This document shows positions 50,006-60,457 of a stretch of DNA of 64,000 nt, piece by piece. Each line of letters begins with the position of its first letter. Position 1 is the stretch's first letter. Origin of the DNA: Candidatus Poribacteria bacterium (GTDB taxonomy: Bacteria > Poribacteria > WGA-4E > WGA-3G); assembly GCA_022828145.1 (NCBI GenBank), contig JAJEJA010000061.1, forward strand, positions 66,081 to 130,080, in the 5' to 3' direction. Both the position numbers and the translations under genes were made by a program. Under the pieces are notes generated by a model. The model did not search any database. It was not told where the DNA came from and worked only from the letters and a program-made list of their open reading frames with translations.

Positions 50006-50068
50006 AATAAGTTTACGCATATTCTGTAGGAGTGATCTCCGAATCACGACACAACCACTAATAGTCGG
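50006..50068. repeat. REP-F copy 2 (GTAGGAGTGATCTCCGAATCACGAC ... GTCGGGAATCGGAGTTCCCTCCTAC), 38 bp upstream of hsdM.
   Basis: Same arms as copies 1 and 3. Confidence 0.5.
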
Positions 50069-50472
50069 GAATCGGAGTTCCCTCCTACAACACAGATGTA
50101 AAGTTAATTGTAGAATCCACTATAATAGGTGTTTGTGAGTACATTTTCATCTACGGCATAAGTCGTTTTGGGCCTGAAAAAATTGTTGAAGGCACAATCA
50201 ACCCTTTTTCATAAAGGTTTTTATGGTATAATATTAGTAAAAAAATAGGGTGACACCCTATTTGAACCCCATAGTGAGTTGTTTTTCTCGGTTCTACATT
50301 TCACAGATATTATATCAGAATCCGTCAGAAAGAGCAACTTTTAAAACGGGAGAAATGAAACGGAAAATGGCACAATCTGGAAGAATGTGCTATCATAAAG
50401 AGGCATTATCAATTAGAAATTGTATTATATCAAATATAATCAAAAGTCTTACTGCGAAGGATTAAAATACTG

Positions 50473-51408
50473 ATGCGTAATCCAAAAGTCGCCGTCGTTG
50501 GCAGTGCAAACGTTGACCTCGTCTTACGCACTGAACGCATGCCGATCAAAGGTGAAACACTCATCGGAGATGCATTTGACATCTTCACCGGCGGGAAAGG
50601 TTTTAATCAAGCCGCAGCTGCAGCACGGCTGGGAGCAGATGTTACACTCATCGCAAAAATAGGCGATGACCCTTTCGCGGATATACTCCGATCCGTAATA
50701 GATTCTGAAAATATCAACACTGAATTTGTCAAGACCGATGCTGACGCTGGCACCGGAGTCGCAGCAATAGTCGTTGAACCGGATGGTGAGAATAGCATTA
50801 TCGTTGTACCGGGCGCAAATATGCGTTTGACACCCGCGGATATAGATGTCGCGCAAAATAGTATTGCAGAAGCTGATGTTTTACTGTTACAATTAGAGAC
50901 ACCGATTAATACTTCAGAACATGCAATAGAGATTGCTAAAGCGAATGAGACGATAGTTATCCTTGATCCTGCCCCCGCACGTTCGCTGCCAGCAAATCTG
51001 CTATCTCAGGTGGATATCCTGAAACCTAACGAAGTGGAAGCAGGTGTGTTATCTGGACGTGCGGTTAGCACGCCAGAAGATGGTGTTGCGGCTGCTAAAG
51101 CATTACAATCTCAGATAGCATCTGATGGACTATCTGCTGTCGTGTTGACACTTGGTCAACAGGGTGTATTGACTTATACACAAACACAGAATACCCACTT
51201 ACCCGCAATTGCAGTTGATGTCGTGGACACAACAGGAGCGGGAGATGCATTTAGTGGTGCATTGGCAACTGCACTTGCAGAGGATAAACCGTTGATTGAA
51301 GCAGTGATATTCGCTAACGCTGCAGGTGCAGCCGCAGTAACAACACTTGGTGCAACACCATCAATGCCAAAACGAGAAAAAATAGAGGAAATCCTTACTC
51401 ATAAATAA
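50473..51408 (+). CDS. rbsK: Ribokinase.
   Basis: Motifs GSANVDLV, GGKGFNQA and DTTGAGDAF. Confidence 0.85.
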   Translation: MRNPKVAVVGSANVDLVLRTERMPIKGETLIGDAFDIFTGGKGFNQAAAAARLGADVTLIAKIGDDPFADILRSVIDSENINTEFVKTDADAGTGVAAIVVEPDGENSIIVVPGANMRLTPADIDVAQNSIAEADVLLLQLETPINTSEHAIEIAKANETIVILDPAPARSLPANLLSQVDILKPNEVEAGVLSGRAVSTPEDGVAAAKALQSQIASDGLSAVVLTLGQQGVLTYTQTQNTHLPAIAVDVVDTTGAGDAFSGALATALAEDKPLIEAVIFANAAGAAAVTTLGATPSMPKREKIEEILTHK

Positions 51409-51420
51409 CGAAACTCTAAC

Positions 51421-51551
51421 AGGACTTACGCATTATCTCTTAAAGTCCCCTTGATAAGGGGGATTTAGGGGGTTAAAAAGACTAAAAACACTGAAATAGC
51501 GTATCATTTAACCCCCCTAACCCCCTTATCAAAGGAGAATGCGTAAGGCCT
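51421..51551. repeat. REP-B copy 2 (131 bp, larger than copy 1 and with an internal insertion), flanked by 13-bp direct repeats ATAACGAAACTCT at 51405-51417 and 51557-51569.
   Basis: Palindromic arms and flanking direct repeats seen in the sequence. Confidence 0.55.
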
Positions 51552-51618
51552 GATACATAACGAAACTCTTATACAGAAATGTGGAAGTTTAAAAATTAAA
51601 AGGCGAGAGGAGAAATCA

Positions 51619-54492
51619 ATGAAAAGAATTACCGCACTCTTCATAATCTATATAGCATTAGTCGCTACTGTTATGACATCCTTTTCCCAAGAGGAATGGG
51701 AAGAGGATATGAAAAAGGGCTTTGAAAAAGTTCTATCAGCTAAGAATGATAGGGTTAATAGACATCGTGATTTCATCACTGATTGGCGTGGAAAGGAATA
51801 TCTTGCTGAACTGATACAGCTATACGAATTGGAAAAGGTCAATCGGACAGACGATGCAGCTTTTATTTATGCATTAGGATATGCTTATGCTTTGACAGAA
51901 GAGAAAGATAACAGGGAAGCGATAGAGAATGCTGAAACTAATTTCAAAACAGCAATTACACTCGATCCTTCTATGTTTTGGGCACATTATAGTCTTGGGG
52001 CAATCTATCAGAGACAGCAAAAATATGACGAAGCATTGACGAAATTTCAGACCAGTCTCTCATTAAATCCTAAGTACTATCCTGCATATTACTATATTGG
52101 TGAAATTCAGATTAAAAAGGGAAAACATGCTGAAGCTCTCAACTCTTTTGAAACTGCACAAGCAATAAATCCGAAGTGGGTATATCCCGTATATGGTAAA
52201 GGTCTGGTATACCTTGATCAAGGCAACTTGAATTTGGCACGGGAAACATTTGAACGTGCTATTCAGAATAACCGAAAGTTTGCCCCTGCTTATGTCAAAC
52301 TTGGTCAAGTGCTTGCAATGGAAGGTTTTTTTGAAGATGCGTTGATGGAATATCAGAAATCCGCTGAGTATCAACCCTATACTGCAACAGATATATTTGA
52401 TCTGGCAGTTATTTTTACTGAAGGTGACAATGCTGATGGTGCTATTCAGTTGTATCATCGGACGCTTGAAATAGACCCAAACTACGGACCCGCACACCTG
52501 GCAGTTGCTGATGTGCTATACGCTCAAGGGGACACTGATACCGCAGTTGTCCACTATAAGAAAGCCATCGAATTTGATCCGATACTCAAGGACAGTTTCT
52601 TTGATGCATTGGAACCCCATTTCACAGGCAGAATTGGGGTTGCTGAAGCACGTGTCATTCTGAAAAAAGCGATGGTTGTCCTACCCGATGATCCACGTTC
52701 TCATTTTTACATGGGTAAGATTGAAACAGATTCTGGCAATATAGAAAAAGCTATAGAACACTATAATAGGACGCTTGAAATTGTTGAAGCAGACCCCAGT
52801 TATTTAGAGATGGAACTTCCCGAAGGACACTTTAATGATACCTACCTGAAGTTAGGTGATCTTTATCGTAAACAAGGCGATTTAACGAATGCATCAAAGA
52901 ACTATCAGCAGGCACTTAAGTTGAATCCTACATTAGCCAATCGCTTCAAAGATGAGGGTAAGAGTGCTTATGAAGCTGGAGACTATGAAAACGCAATTGA
53001 ACCTTTTAGCATTCATCTCATCCTTTATCCAAATGACATTGATGCGACATTTCTGTTGGGACAATCCTACGATGCGAAAGATGATAAAGATAACGCACTC
53101 ATATATTATGAAAAGACGCTCCAGTTAGATGCGGAACGCTCGGATGTACTTTACAAGATGGTGGATATCTATCAAGAGCGGGATTCCCATCAGTTGGTAA
53201 TAGATACCTTGAAGAGGGTCATTGCTCTAAACGCAAATGATGCACAAGCGCATTACAAATCAGCACTCTCATACCTCGCTCTGAACCAGTCTGATGCTGC
53301 CCTATCTTCATTACTTGAAACTGTTCGGATTGAACCAGAGAATGTCAAAGCACAATATCAGATCGGTTTGATGTATCAGAACAGAGAAGATATTGACAAA
53401 GCAGTCGTCTATTTTGAGAAAACAATTGAATTAAATCCTGACAATCCTGAACCGTTCTTTCGTCTCGGTGGTATCTATGAAAAACGTCAAGACGAAGACA
53501 ATATGATCCGTGTTTATCAACCTGCCTTGTTACTTGAGCCAAATCATCCAGATATACATCACAAACTGGCAGTTATATTTGAAAAACGTTTCAAGAAAGT
53601 ACCTGAGGAGAACAGAGAAGAGAATCTACAGCAAGCACTGCATCACTACGGATTAGCAAACGAACATGATCCAGAACATTTTGACTGGCACTATAACTAT
53701 GCACTGCTACTTGATGAGAAAGCAGCATCACTGGAAGATTATCACAAACATGCAGCAATGGCAGTGAAAGCATATACTGACACAATTGCGCTGAAACCTG
53801 ATTTTGTTGATGCTTACTTTAGACGTGCTATGATCACGAATCGTTATAAACGGATAGGAGAGGAACTCTATCTCAGTGCACAGATTATAGAGGATTTTAA
53901 ACAGGTTATCATGTTAAAACCTGATTACGTTGAAGCATACTTTCAAATGGGTACGTTACAAGTATGGATAGATGATTTCCAACTGGCAGAGGAAAACTTT
54001 CAGAAGGTCATACAGTTGAACCCAAAATATAAGGGTGTTCACACCGAACTTGGTAAACTGGCAGAACGCGAAAAAGATTGGAAAAAAGCGATACTACTCT
54101 ATGAAAAAGAGATAGCAATAGATGACAAAGCGACAACTGCTTATCAACGTCTCGGGGATCTCTACTATAATTCTCAGATGGAACTCAATAAAGCAAAAGC
54201 AACGTTGGAAAAGGCACTTGCGCTCAACGATAAACATGTGAATACCATTATTATGTATGCAAATGTCTTATACAGTATGGATAGGTTGGGTGCAGCATCG
54301 GAACAGTTTGAACGTGCATTACAACTGGAGTCCAGCAATCTAACAGCGAATTTTAACCTCGCTCTGATGTATGAATATACTGAAAGAAACGAACTCGCTA
54401 AAGCACAATGGAAGACGTTCCTTAAATTGGACCCACCTGAACAGTGGAAAATTGAGGCAGAGAAACACCTGAAGAAACTTGGTGGAAAATAG
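51619..54492 (+). CDS. Secreted TPR-repeat protein (957 aa).
   Basis: Signal peptide and many TPR motifs. Confidence 0.75.
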   Translation: MKRITALFIIYIALVATVMTSFSQEEWEEDMKKGFEKVLSAKNDRVNRHRDFITDWRGKEYLAELIQLYELEKVNRTDDAAFIYALGYAYALTEEKDNREAIENAETNFKTAITLDPSMFWAHYSLGAIYQRQQKYDEALTKFQTSLSLNPKYYPAYYYIGEIQIKKGKHAEALNSFETAQAINPKWVYPVYGKGLVYLDQGNLNLARETFERAIQNNRKFAPAYVKLGQVLAMEGFFEDALMEYQKSAEYQPYTATDIFDLAVIFTEGDNADGAIQLYHRTLEIDPNYGPAHLAVADVLYAQGDTDTAVVHYKKAIEFDPILKDSFFDALEPHFTGRIGVAEARVILKKAMVVLPDDPRSHFYMGKIETDSGNIEKAIEHYNRTLEIVEADPSYLEMELPEGHFNDTYLKLGDLYRKQGDLTNASKNYQQALKLNPTLANRFKDEGKSAYEAGDYENAIEPFSIHLILYPNDIDATFLLGQSYDAKDDKDNALIYYEKTLQLDAERSDVLYKMVDIYQERDSHQLVIDTLKRVIALNANDAQAHYKSALSYLALNQSDAALSSLLETVRIEPENVKAQYQIGLMYQNREDIDKAVVYFEKTIELNPDNPEPFFRLGGIYEKRQDEDNMIRVYQPALLLEPNHPDIHHKLAVIFEKRFKKVPEENREENLQQALHHYGLANEHDPEHFDWHYNYALLLDEKAASLEDYHKHAAMAVKAYTDTIALKPDFVDAYFRRAMITNRYKRIGEELYLSAQIIEDFKQVIMLKPDYVEAYFQMGTLQVWIDDFQLAEENFQKVIQLNPKYKGVHTELGKLAEREKDWKKAILLYEKEIAIDDKATTAYQRLGDLYYNSQMELNKAKATLEKALALNDKHVNTIIMYANVLYSMDRLGAASEQFERALQLESSNLTANFNLALMYEYTERNELAKAQWKTFLKLDPPEQWKIEAEKHLKKLGGK

Positions 54493-54538
54493 TCCATCTT
54501 GGAACAATGTGGGTCTAGCTTTCGTAGGTGATTAGATT

Positions 54539-55198
54539 TTGCTCAACATTAACGCTATTCGTAAAGATCTGAAAACAGAGTTCATCGGCAAACCCCATAT
54601 TGTATGTTATTCAGAAATCACATCAACAAACGACTGTGCAAAAAAGAACGGGAAACTACAAGCGGTTAAAGAGGGGACATTGATCATTGCCGAACATCAA
54701 ACGGCAGGTCGTGGACGATACGGAAGAACATGGGAAACACCAAAAGGTAAGTGTATACTTGCATCAGTCATCTTCAGACATAGACTTAAGCATGACCAAG
54801 TGCATATACCAAATCTGATCGGTGCGCTATCTATTGCACAAGCGATATATGAACTTACGGGTCTTGAAGCGCGTATCAAACACCCAAATGATGTCAGAAT
54901 ATCAGGAAAGAAAGTTGCGGGTGTTCTTACTGAGATGCAATATGATAGCAATCGCGACCCTTTTTTCGTCTTAGGTTTTGGCGTTAATGTCAACACAACT
55001 ATATCTGAATTTCCTCAAAAACTGAGAGAAAAAGCAACGTCATTGACAATTGCTTCAAACGCTGGTAAGAATGCAATCTCACGAAGAAACCTACTGCTAA
55101 CTATTTTGGAGAAGCTTGAGGCAAACTATCTCCTCCTCAAAACTGGTGAAACAGCAAGAATTGCAAAAGAAGTCAAAGTATGGGAAGAAGCTAAATGA
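54539..55198 (+). CDS. birA: Biotin--[acetyl-CoA-carboxylase] ligase (group I, no HTH domain). Probable TTG start.
   Basis: Motifs QTAGRGR and GKKVAGVL. Confidence 0.75.
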   Translation: MLNINAIRKDLKTEFIGKPHIVCYSEITSTNDCAKKNGKLQAVKEGTLIIAEHQTAGRGRYGRTWETPKGKCILASVIFRHRLKHDQVHIPNLIGALSIAQAIYELTGLEARIKHPNDVRISGKKVAGVLTEMQYDSNRDPFFVLGFGVNVNTTISEFPQKLREKATSLTIASNAGKNAISRRNLLLTILEKLEANYLLLKTGETARIAKEVKVWEEAK

Positions 55199-55632
55199 AA
55201 GTAGTGATCAGTGCGTGCCTGCTCGGTGTTAATTGTAGATTCGATGGTGGAAATAGCAAGAATAGAGATGCAGTTGAACAGAGTCAGACGCACGAACTCA
55301 TACCGGTATGTCCTGAAGAAGCAGGGGGTCTGCCAACACCGCGGCCCCCGGTTGAGATTGTCGGCGGCGATGGGTATGATGTGTTAGACGGGAAGGCTAA
55401 AGTCCTAACAGCAGACGGTCACGATAAGACAGCAGAATTTTTAAAAGGTGCACAACAAGCATTGGCGTTGGTACAAGCACAAGGTGTAAAATGTGTCATC
55501 CTGAAAGCAAAAAGTCCTTCCTGTGGTTGTGGAAAGATATATGATGGGACTTTTTCAGGAACCCTTATCCCTGGGGACGGGGTTACCACTGCGCTCCTAA
55601 AACGACATGGCATAGAAATTATCACTCTGTAA
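55195..55632 (+). CDS. DUF523-family protein (TudS-like).
   Basis: The N-terminal VISACLLGVNCRFDG motif is characteristic of DUF523. Confidence 0.55.
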   Translation: MKVVISACLLGVNCRFDGGNSKNRDAVEQSQTHELIPVCPEEAGGLPTPRPPVEIVGGDGYDVLDGKAKVLTADGHDKTAEFLKGAQQALALVQAQGVKCVILKAKSPSCGCGKIYDGTFSGTLIPGDGVTTALLKRHGIEIITL

Positions 55633-55650
55633 CAGAAAGGACAAGGTGGT

Positions 55651-56424
55651 TTATCCTATCAACTCCCGAACTTTTTCTCCTATATCCTGACTCCGCATCA
55701 ACGATTCCCCTACCAGAATAGCATTTACACCCACTTCTCGTAAAGCCGTGACATCATCACGCGTATAGATACCGCTTTCACTCACAACGACTTTGCCCTC
55801 AGGAATTAGCGCACGTAGCTTGAAAGTTGTATCAAGGGTTGTCCTGAAGGTACGCAAATCCCTATTGTTGATTCCAATGATTTCGGCATCAGCATCAAGC
55901 GCAATATCCAATTCCTCCTCTGTATGTACTTCAACAAGGGAGGCTAATGAAAGTGATGCAGCAATCTCTATGTATTCTTTTAGTTCGTCAGGCGTTAGCA
56001 CAGCAACTATCAGCAGGACAGCATCTGCTCCAGCGACACGTGCCTGAAAGATATGGTAGGGATCTATTGTGAAGTCCTTTCTGAGTAAGGGAAGATGTAC
56101 TGCTTTCCGTATTGAGGACAGATAACTTAGATTGCCATCAAAGAAATGTTTATCTGTTAGCACGGATATGGCTGCAGCACTGTTTTCTTGGTATGTATAT
56201 GCAATTTGTAAGGGGTCAAAGTCTGCTCTAATAATACCTTTACTGGGAGATTTTTTCTTAACTTCGGCAATCAGATTCGTCGAATCCGGATTTGATATGG
56301 CACCAAAAAAATCCTGTGTTGGAGGAGCATCTATTAGTTTAGATTTTAGTTTGGAAAGTGGTACTTGATCCTGTTCAACCGATAGTTCTTTCCGTTTATG
56401 TGCAACAATTGTGTCTAATATCAT
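55651..56424 (-). CDS. trpC: Indole-3-glycerol phosphate synthase.
   Basis: IAEVKKKSPSKG and LRKDF motifs. Confidence 0.85.
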   Translation of the reverse strand: MILDTIVAHKRKELSVEQDQVPLSKLKSKLIDAPPTQDFFGAISNPDSTNLIAEVKKKSPSKGIIRADFDPLQIAYTYQENSAAAISVLTDKHFFDGNLSYLSSIRKAVHLPLLRKDFTIDPYHIFQARVAGADAVLLIVAVLTPDELKEYIEIAASLSLASLVEVHTEEELDIALDADAEIIGINNRDLRTFRTTLDTTFKLRALIPEGKVVVSESGIYTRDDVTALREVGVNAILVGESLMRSQDIGEKVRELIG

Positions 56425-57497
56425 GGATTGGATACCGATTTTAGTCCTTCAAGTTTTTCCATAGCATTACCAGAATCTATAGAATCTGCAGCAATTTCTA
56501 AACCCTTTTCAAAGTTGTCTGCCTTACCGCCAGCAACGATTGCGGCAGCGGCATTCAGTAGGACTATATCTCGTTTTGGTCCTTTTTTCCCTTTAAGGAT
56601 ATCTGTGGTTATCTCAGCATTTTCTTTAGGTGTTCCACCCAGTAGCGACTTTGATTCGGTCTTTGGAATGCCGAGTGTTGTCGGATCAAGTGTATAGGTT
56701 TTCACTTCACCATGAGCGAGTTCAGAAACCCGTGTTTTTGTTGTCGTTGTTATTTCATCTAAGCCATCGTTCCCGTGAACGACGAAAGCACGTTTAGTGC
56801 CGAGATTCTTGAGAACATTTGCGTGTACCTCAGTCAGTTCTTCTGAATAGACACCCAAGACTTGGGCTTGCGCGCCTGCCGGATTAGTCAAGGGTCCAAT
56901 CGCATTGAAAATCGTTCGGATACCGATTTCTCTACGGGGACCGATTGCATATTTCATTGCACTATGCAACATAGGTGCAAACAGAAAACCGATTCCTATC
57001 TTATCAATACATGCTCCAACCTGTTCCGGTGTAATTTCTATATTGACACCTAAAGCCATCAGCACATTTGCACTGCCGCTGAGACGTGTAACCCCTCTGT
57101 TTCCGTGTTTAGCGACGGGAATTCCTGCACCTGCAACGACGAATGCGGATGTTGTAGATATATTGAACGAGTGCAGACCTGTACCTCCCGTGCTACATGT
57201 ATCAACGAGAAAAGTTTGCTGCGTTGGTATGGGTGTTGCTTTATCGCGCATCACGCGTGCTGCCCCAGTTATCTCATCTATTGTTTCTCCTTTGAGTCGT
57301 AGTGCTGTCAAGAAACAAGCAATTTGAGCATCTGTAGTTTTCCCCTCCATAATTTCGTTCATAGTTGCTATCATTTCAGTTTCGGTAAGATCACGACCAT
57401 CAATTACGTTCTGTATTGCTTCATTTATCAATTCTTTTCCTCCCAATATGTGCATTCTACTAAAGGTAATTATATCTAAAAGATGGGATTTGTTCAA
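56421..57497 (-). CDS. trpD: Anthranilate phosphoribosyltransferase.
   Basis: CSTGGTGLHSFNISTTSAFV and KHGNRGVT motifs. Confidence 0.85.
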   Translation of the reverse strand: MNKSHLLDIITFSRMHILGGKELINEAIQNVIDGRDLTETEMIATMNEIMEGKTTDAQIACFLTALRLKGETIDEITGAARVMRDKATPIPTQQTFLVDTCSTGGTGLHSFNISTTSAFVVAGAGIPVAKHGNRGVTRLSGSANVLMALGVNIEITPEQVGACIDKIGIGFLFAPMLHSAMKYAIGPRREIGIRTIFNAIGPLTNPAGAQAQVLGVYSEELTEVHANVLKNLGTKRAFVVHGNDGLDEITTTTKTRVSELAHGEVKTYTLDPTTLGIPKTESKSLLGGTPKENAEITTDILKGKKGPKRDIVLLNAAAAIVAGGKADNFEKGLEIAADSIDSGNAMEKLEGLKSVSNP

Positions 57498-57509
57498 GTA
57501 ACTTAGGAA

Positions 57510-58232
57510 TTAAAAAAGGACAGATAACGTTGAACTGTGCGTCCCACTCGTAGAGGACTCGGATTCTGTCTCACTTTCGGTAATACCTACACCAGTAGAA
57601 CTCACTTCATTACCAACCGAGCTACTACTACCTTCCGTCTCACTGCTACTTTCGCCTTCGGTTTCTGTCTGACTACTACCGGTTGTCGTCGTGCTCGTGC
57701 TCATCCAATCCGCACCTTGAATCGTTATCGCACCTGTCCCACTCCAATAGTAAGTCCCAGATGTATACTCCCCGTGAGTGCCAATACGAGCCATATTAAG
57801 CCACGGTGAATCGGTCGGATCAGTTTTGAATATATAAGTGCTTTTTGGATCAGTATCTGATGGTTGCTTTGCGCGCCCACCAGGTCCCTTTTCAAATGTG
57901 CCAACTGAAGCACCTCCAATTGAAGTCACGCCATGTGAAGAATTAATACTGCCAGAGATGTATCCAAAACCACGATATTCTACTGTCGCTTCAACTGCAA
58001 CTTTTCTCGGTGGTGCATTCGGACTCCAGTTCGCATCATAGGTTTGACATCCGAGTTCACTATTAGAACCCCAATACTTCACCTTCATTGAACCTGTGTA
58101 CGTCTTATCACCACCGCCTTTGCCAATATCTGTCCCCGCAATCCAAGCATCGTACGTTTGAATAGACCCATAAACAGTTAAACATAGTAATAAAAATAGA
58201 AATAGAGAAAGAGAAAAGAAAAACTTTTTCAT
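57510..58232 (-). CDS. Secreted hypothetical protein with a Ser/Thr/Glu-rich low-complexity C-terminal tail.
   Basis: Signal peptide. Compositional bias in the tail. Confidence 0.5.
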   Translation of the reverse strand: MKKFFFSLSLFLFLLLCLTVYGSIQTYDAWIAGTDIGKGGGDKTYTGSMKVKYWGSNSELGCQTYDANWSPNAPPRKVAVEATVEYRGFGYISGSINSSHGVTSIGGASVGTFEKGPGGRAKQPSDTDPKSTYIFKTDPTDSPWLNMARIGTHGEYTSGTYYWSGTGAITIQGADWMSTSTTTTGSSQTETEGESSSETEGSSSSVGNEVSSTGVGITESETESESSTSGTHSSTLSVLF

Positions 58233-58249
58233 CGGTTATGATCTCCTCA

Positions 58250-59056
58250 TTATTTTAGGTAAGTTGGCAGCAGATGCTCTAAGTTCATATCAATATACGC
58301 TTGACGCATCGCTGCTGCTGTTTGACGTTGCATGTTTCTTGAAGCTTCTTCAGGCGATTCACCAACACCATTATAAACCGAAGCTCCAAGTGTAGGAATT
58401 TCACCTTGTGCTTCTTCATTGAGTTTGTCCATTTCAGCTTCAAGTCGGTTGACTTCTGCGGTATTGCCATCATCTTTTGCTTCGTGCCATTGTGAGTGCA
58501 TCTTCAGCATCCGCTTATGTTGTTCAAGAGTCGGCGCGTAGCCAATCTTCATCCTTTTCGGCTTGAAGAACGTGACAGTATTCGGATATACCCGATAGAC
58601 GTTACCATCTTCATCTTTGACGTGGTTGTAGTGTTCACCGAGTGGTGCAGCTTCAACACCCATCCGCTTTTTGTAATCTTCACGCCAGAGACGATACGCT
58701 TCATCGCGTTCGGGGCCCGGCAGTTTATTGAACTCATCAAAACGATAGACCTTATATCCGCCTTCTGCTGTTTTGCGAGCAATCGGTTCTGTCGGAAGTT
58801 TTTCAGGAATTAGAGACTCAGCTGAATCATCATGATCCGTTGCTAAAGCACTATCGGATACATCTCTGTTTGCATCTGGGTGAACGGCTGACGATGGCAT
58901 TTTAAACACCTTTTGCGGTTCGGGTTCAGGTTGTAAAATAAAAAACAAACTCACGATACCCAGTAGTAGAATGAGGGTCGCTATCCCCCAGTAAAACTTT
59001 CTATTCATCAGAATAGCCTCCTTATAAAGAGTTATCCCTTTACTCCGCTGCGTCAA
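58250..59056 (-). CDS. Membrane-anchored hypothetical protein.
   Basis: One N-terminal TM helix. No family assigned. Confidence 0.5.
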   Translation of the reverse strand: MTQRSKGITLYKEAILMNRKFYWGIATLILLLGIVSLFFILQPEPEPQKVFKMPSSAVHPDANRDVSDSALATDHDDSAESLIPEKLPTEPIARKTAEGGYKVYRFDEFNKLPGPERDEAYRLWREDYKKRMGVEAAPLGEHYNHVKDEDGNVYRVYPNTVTFFKPKRMKIGYAPTLEQHKRMLKMHSQWHEAKDDGNTAEVNRLEAEMDKLNEEAQGEIPTLGASVYNGVGESPEEASRNMQRQTAAAMRQAYIDMNLEHLLPTYLK

Positions 59057-59090
59057 GCGGACAAGGGTGTGTTGGAAAAACTTGTATGGA

Positions 59091-59560
59091 TTCCTTTCAT
59101 ACTTAAAGACACAGTTTTATACCCAAATAGGTGCATAAAATGAAAGAAAAATGAAGTTTTTACTAAAATTTCAGTCAAAACGGGCAAAAAACGATAGATT
59201 CCGTGAAAAATACTCAAATTGAGCTCCTCTAATAAATCATCAATTAGGTTTCCAATAAGTATGGAATTCGATCACATTTTTTTCCTTCATAACTTAAGAC
59301 ACAGTATTAATTCCAAAAGAGTGCATATCTGAAAAAAGTAAAACATGCTCTATTTTTCCAATTCATCAAGAAAACTATTACAATGCGTTGATTTAGAAAA
59401 CTACTCAAACAACGAGATAGAATACCCTCTATAATTAAAGACACAGGTTTATACCCAAAAGGGTGCAAGTAAAGAAAAAAAATGAACTTTTTCTGACATT
59501 TTTACTAAAAATAGGTAATATATTGATAAAATTCATGAAAATCACTCACATACCCTACAA
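59091..59560. repeat. Three degenerate tandem AT-rich repeats of about 150-190 bp. Each begins near TTAAAGACACAG and ends near TGAAAAATACTCA.
   Basis: Aligned by eye: 59091-59225, 59281-59400 and 59437-59557. Confidence 0.45.
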
Positions 59561-59712
59561 ACCTACTTTGGAGAGCATACAGAGTAATGAATCCATGATC
59601 AACTCACTTATTCTCTTGAATTATTAAGGGAATATAGGTATAATAAACCCATGGGACGAGACACAATACATTCTTTAGGAAATTTTAAACTGAATTGCAT
59701 AGGAGAATTGAA

Positions 59713-60366
59713 ATGAAGCAGGTTTTTATTTTTACAGCATTGGCAGTCATACTGATTTCAGGTTCTGTGTTTTCAACACAAATACCTACGATACAAGGTG
59801 AGTATATAGAGGCACGGTCTGCAAGTGTTTATGTAGGTGCATGTCATTACGGATCAGAATATGTAGAAGGTGGTAAAGAAGCAACCCTTATATGGAACAT
59901 CAATAAAGGCATTTGGAATGATGTTCAATTAGATGGTCTAACCGTTGTTGCTGTCGTCAGTGCAAAGGACAATTTAGCTATTGATACAAAGACACGTAGA
60001 AGTGCTGTCTATGTTGATAGCAAAGCAACACCAGAACAACATGCAGCAATCAGTGATATGCTGTCTAAAAAGCAGGTAGACGTGCTTGGCACAGTTGTTA
60101 CCACGCAAACAGCACCCATTGATTATACAAAAGATGGAACGAAATATGATGTTTCTGTTGGAGAGGTTTTGCAGCTCTCTGTTAATCGCTTTCCATGTGA
60201 ACATTGCACGCAACCACACCAGATTTGGTATGAACCACTGATTGAAGTCCAAAACCCAATAGTCGGAAAATCTGAAGTCTACCGTTACAAGGACACACAC
60301 CTACCTGTTAATTGGCAGCAAGGTGAGACGACTAACAATGTTTTTGTTGGGAAATTTTCGTTGTAG
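59713..60366 (+). CDS. Secreted hypothetical protein (218 aa). It contains a CEHC motif.
   Basis: AGGAG-N7-ATG start. Signal peptide. Confidence 0.55.
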   Translation: MKQVFIFTALAVILISGSVFSTQIPTIQGEYIEARSASVYVGACHYGSEYVEGGKEATLIWNINKGIWNDVQLDGLTVVAVVSAKDNLAIDTKTRRSAVYVDSKATPEQHAAISDMLSKKQVDVLGTVVTTQTAPIDYTKDGTKYDVSVGEVLQLSVNRFPCEHCTQPHQIWYEPLIEVQNPIVGKSEVYRYKDTHLPVNWQQGETTNNVFVGKFSL

Positions 60367-60457
60367 TGTTATGTCAATTCTTATCTTTTAGGTCGGGTAG
60401 AGCGAAGCGATACCTATAAGTGTAAAGTTAAGGGTTTTTCGATGCCAGGAACCCTCT

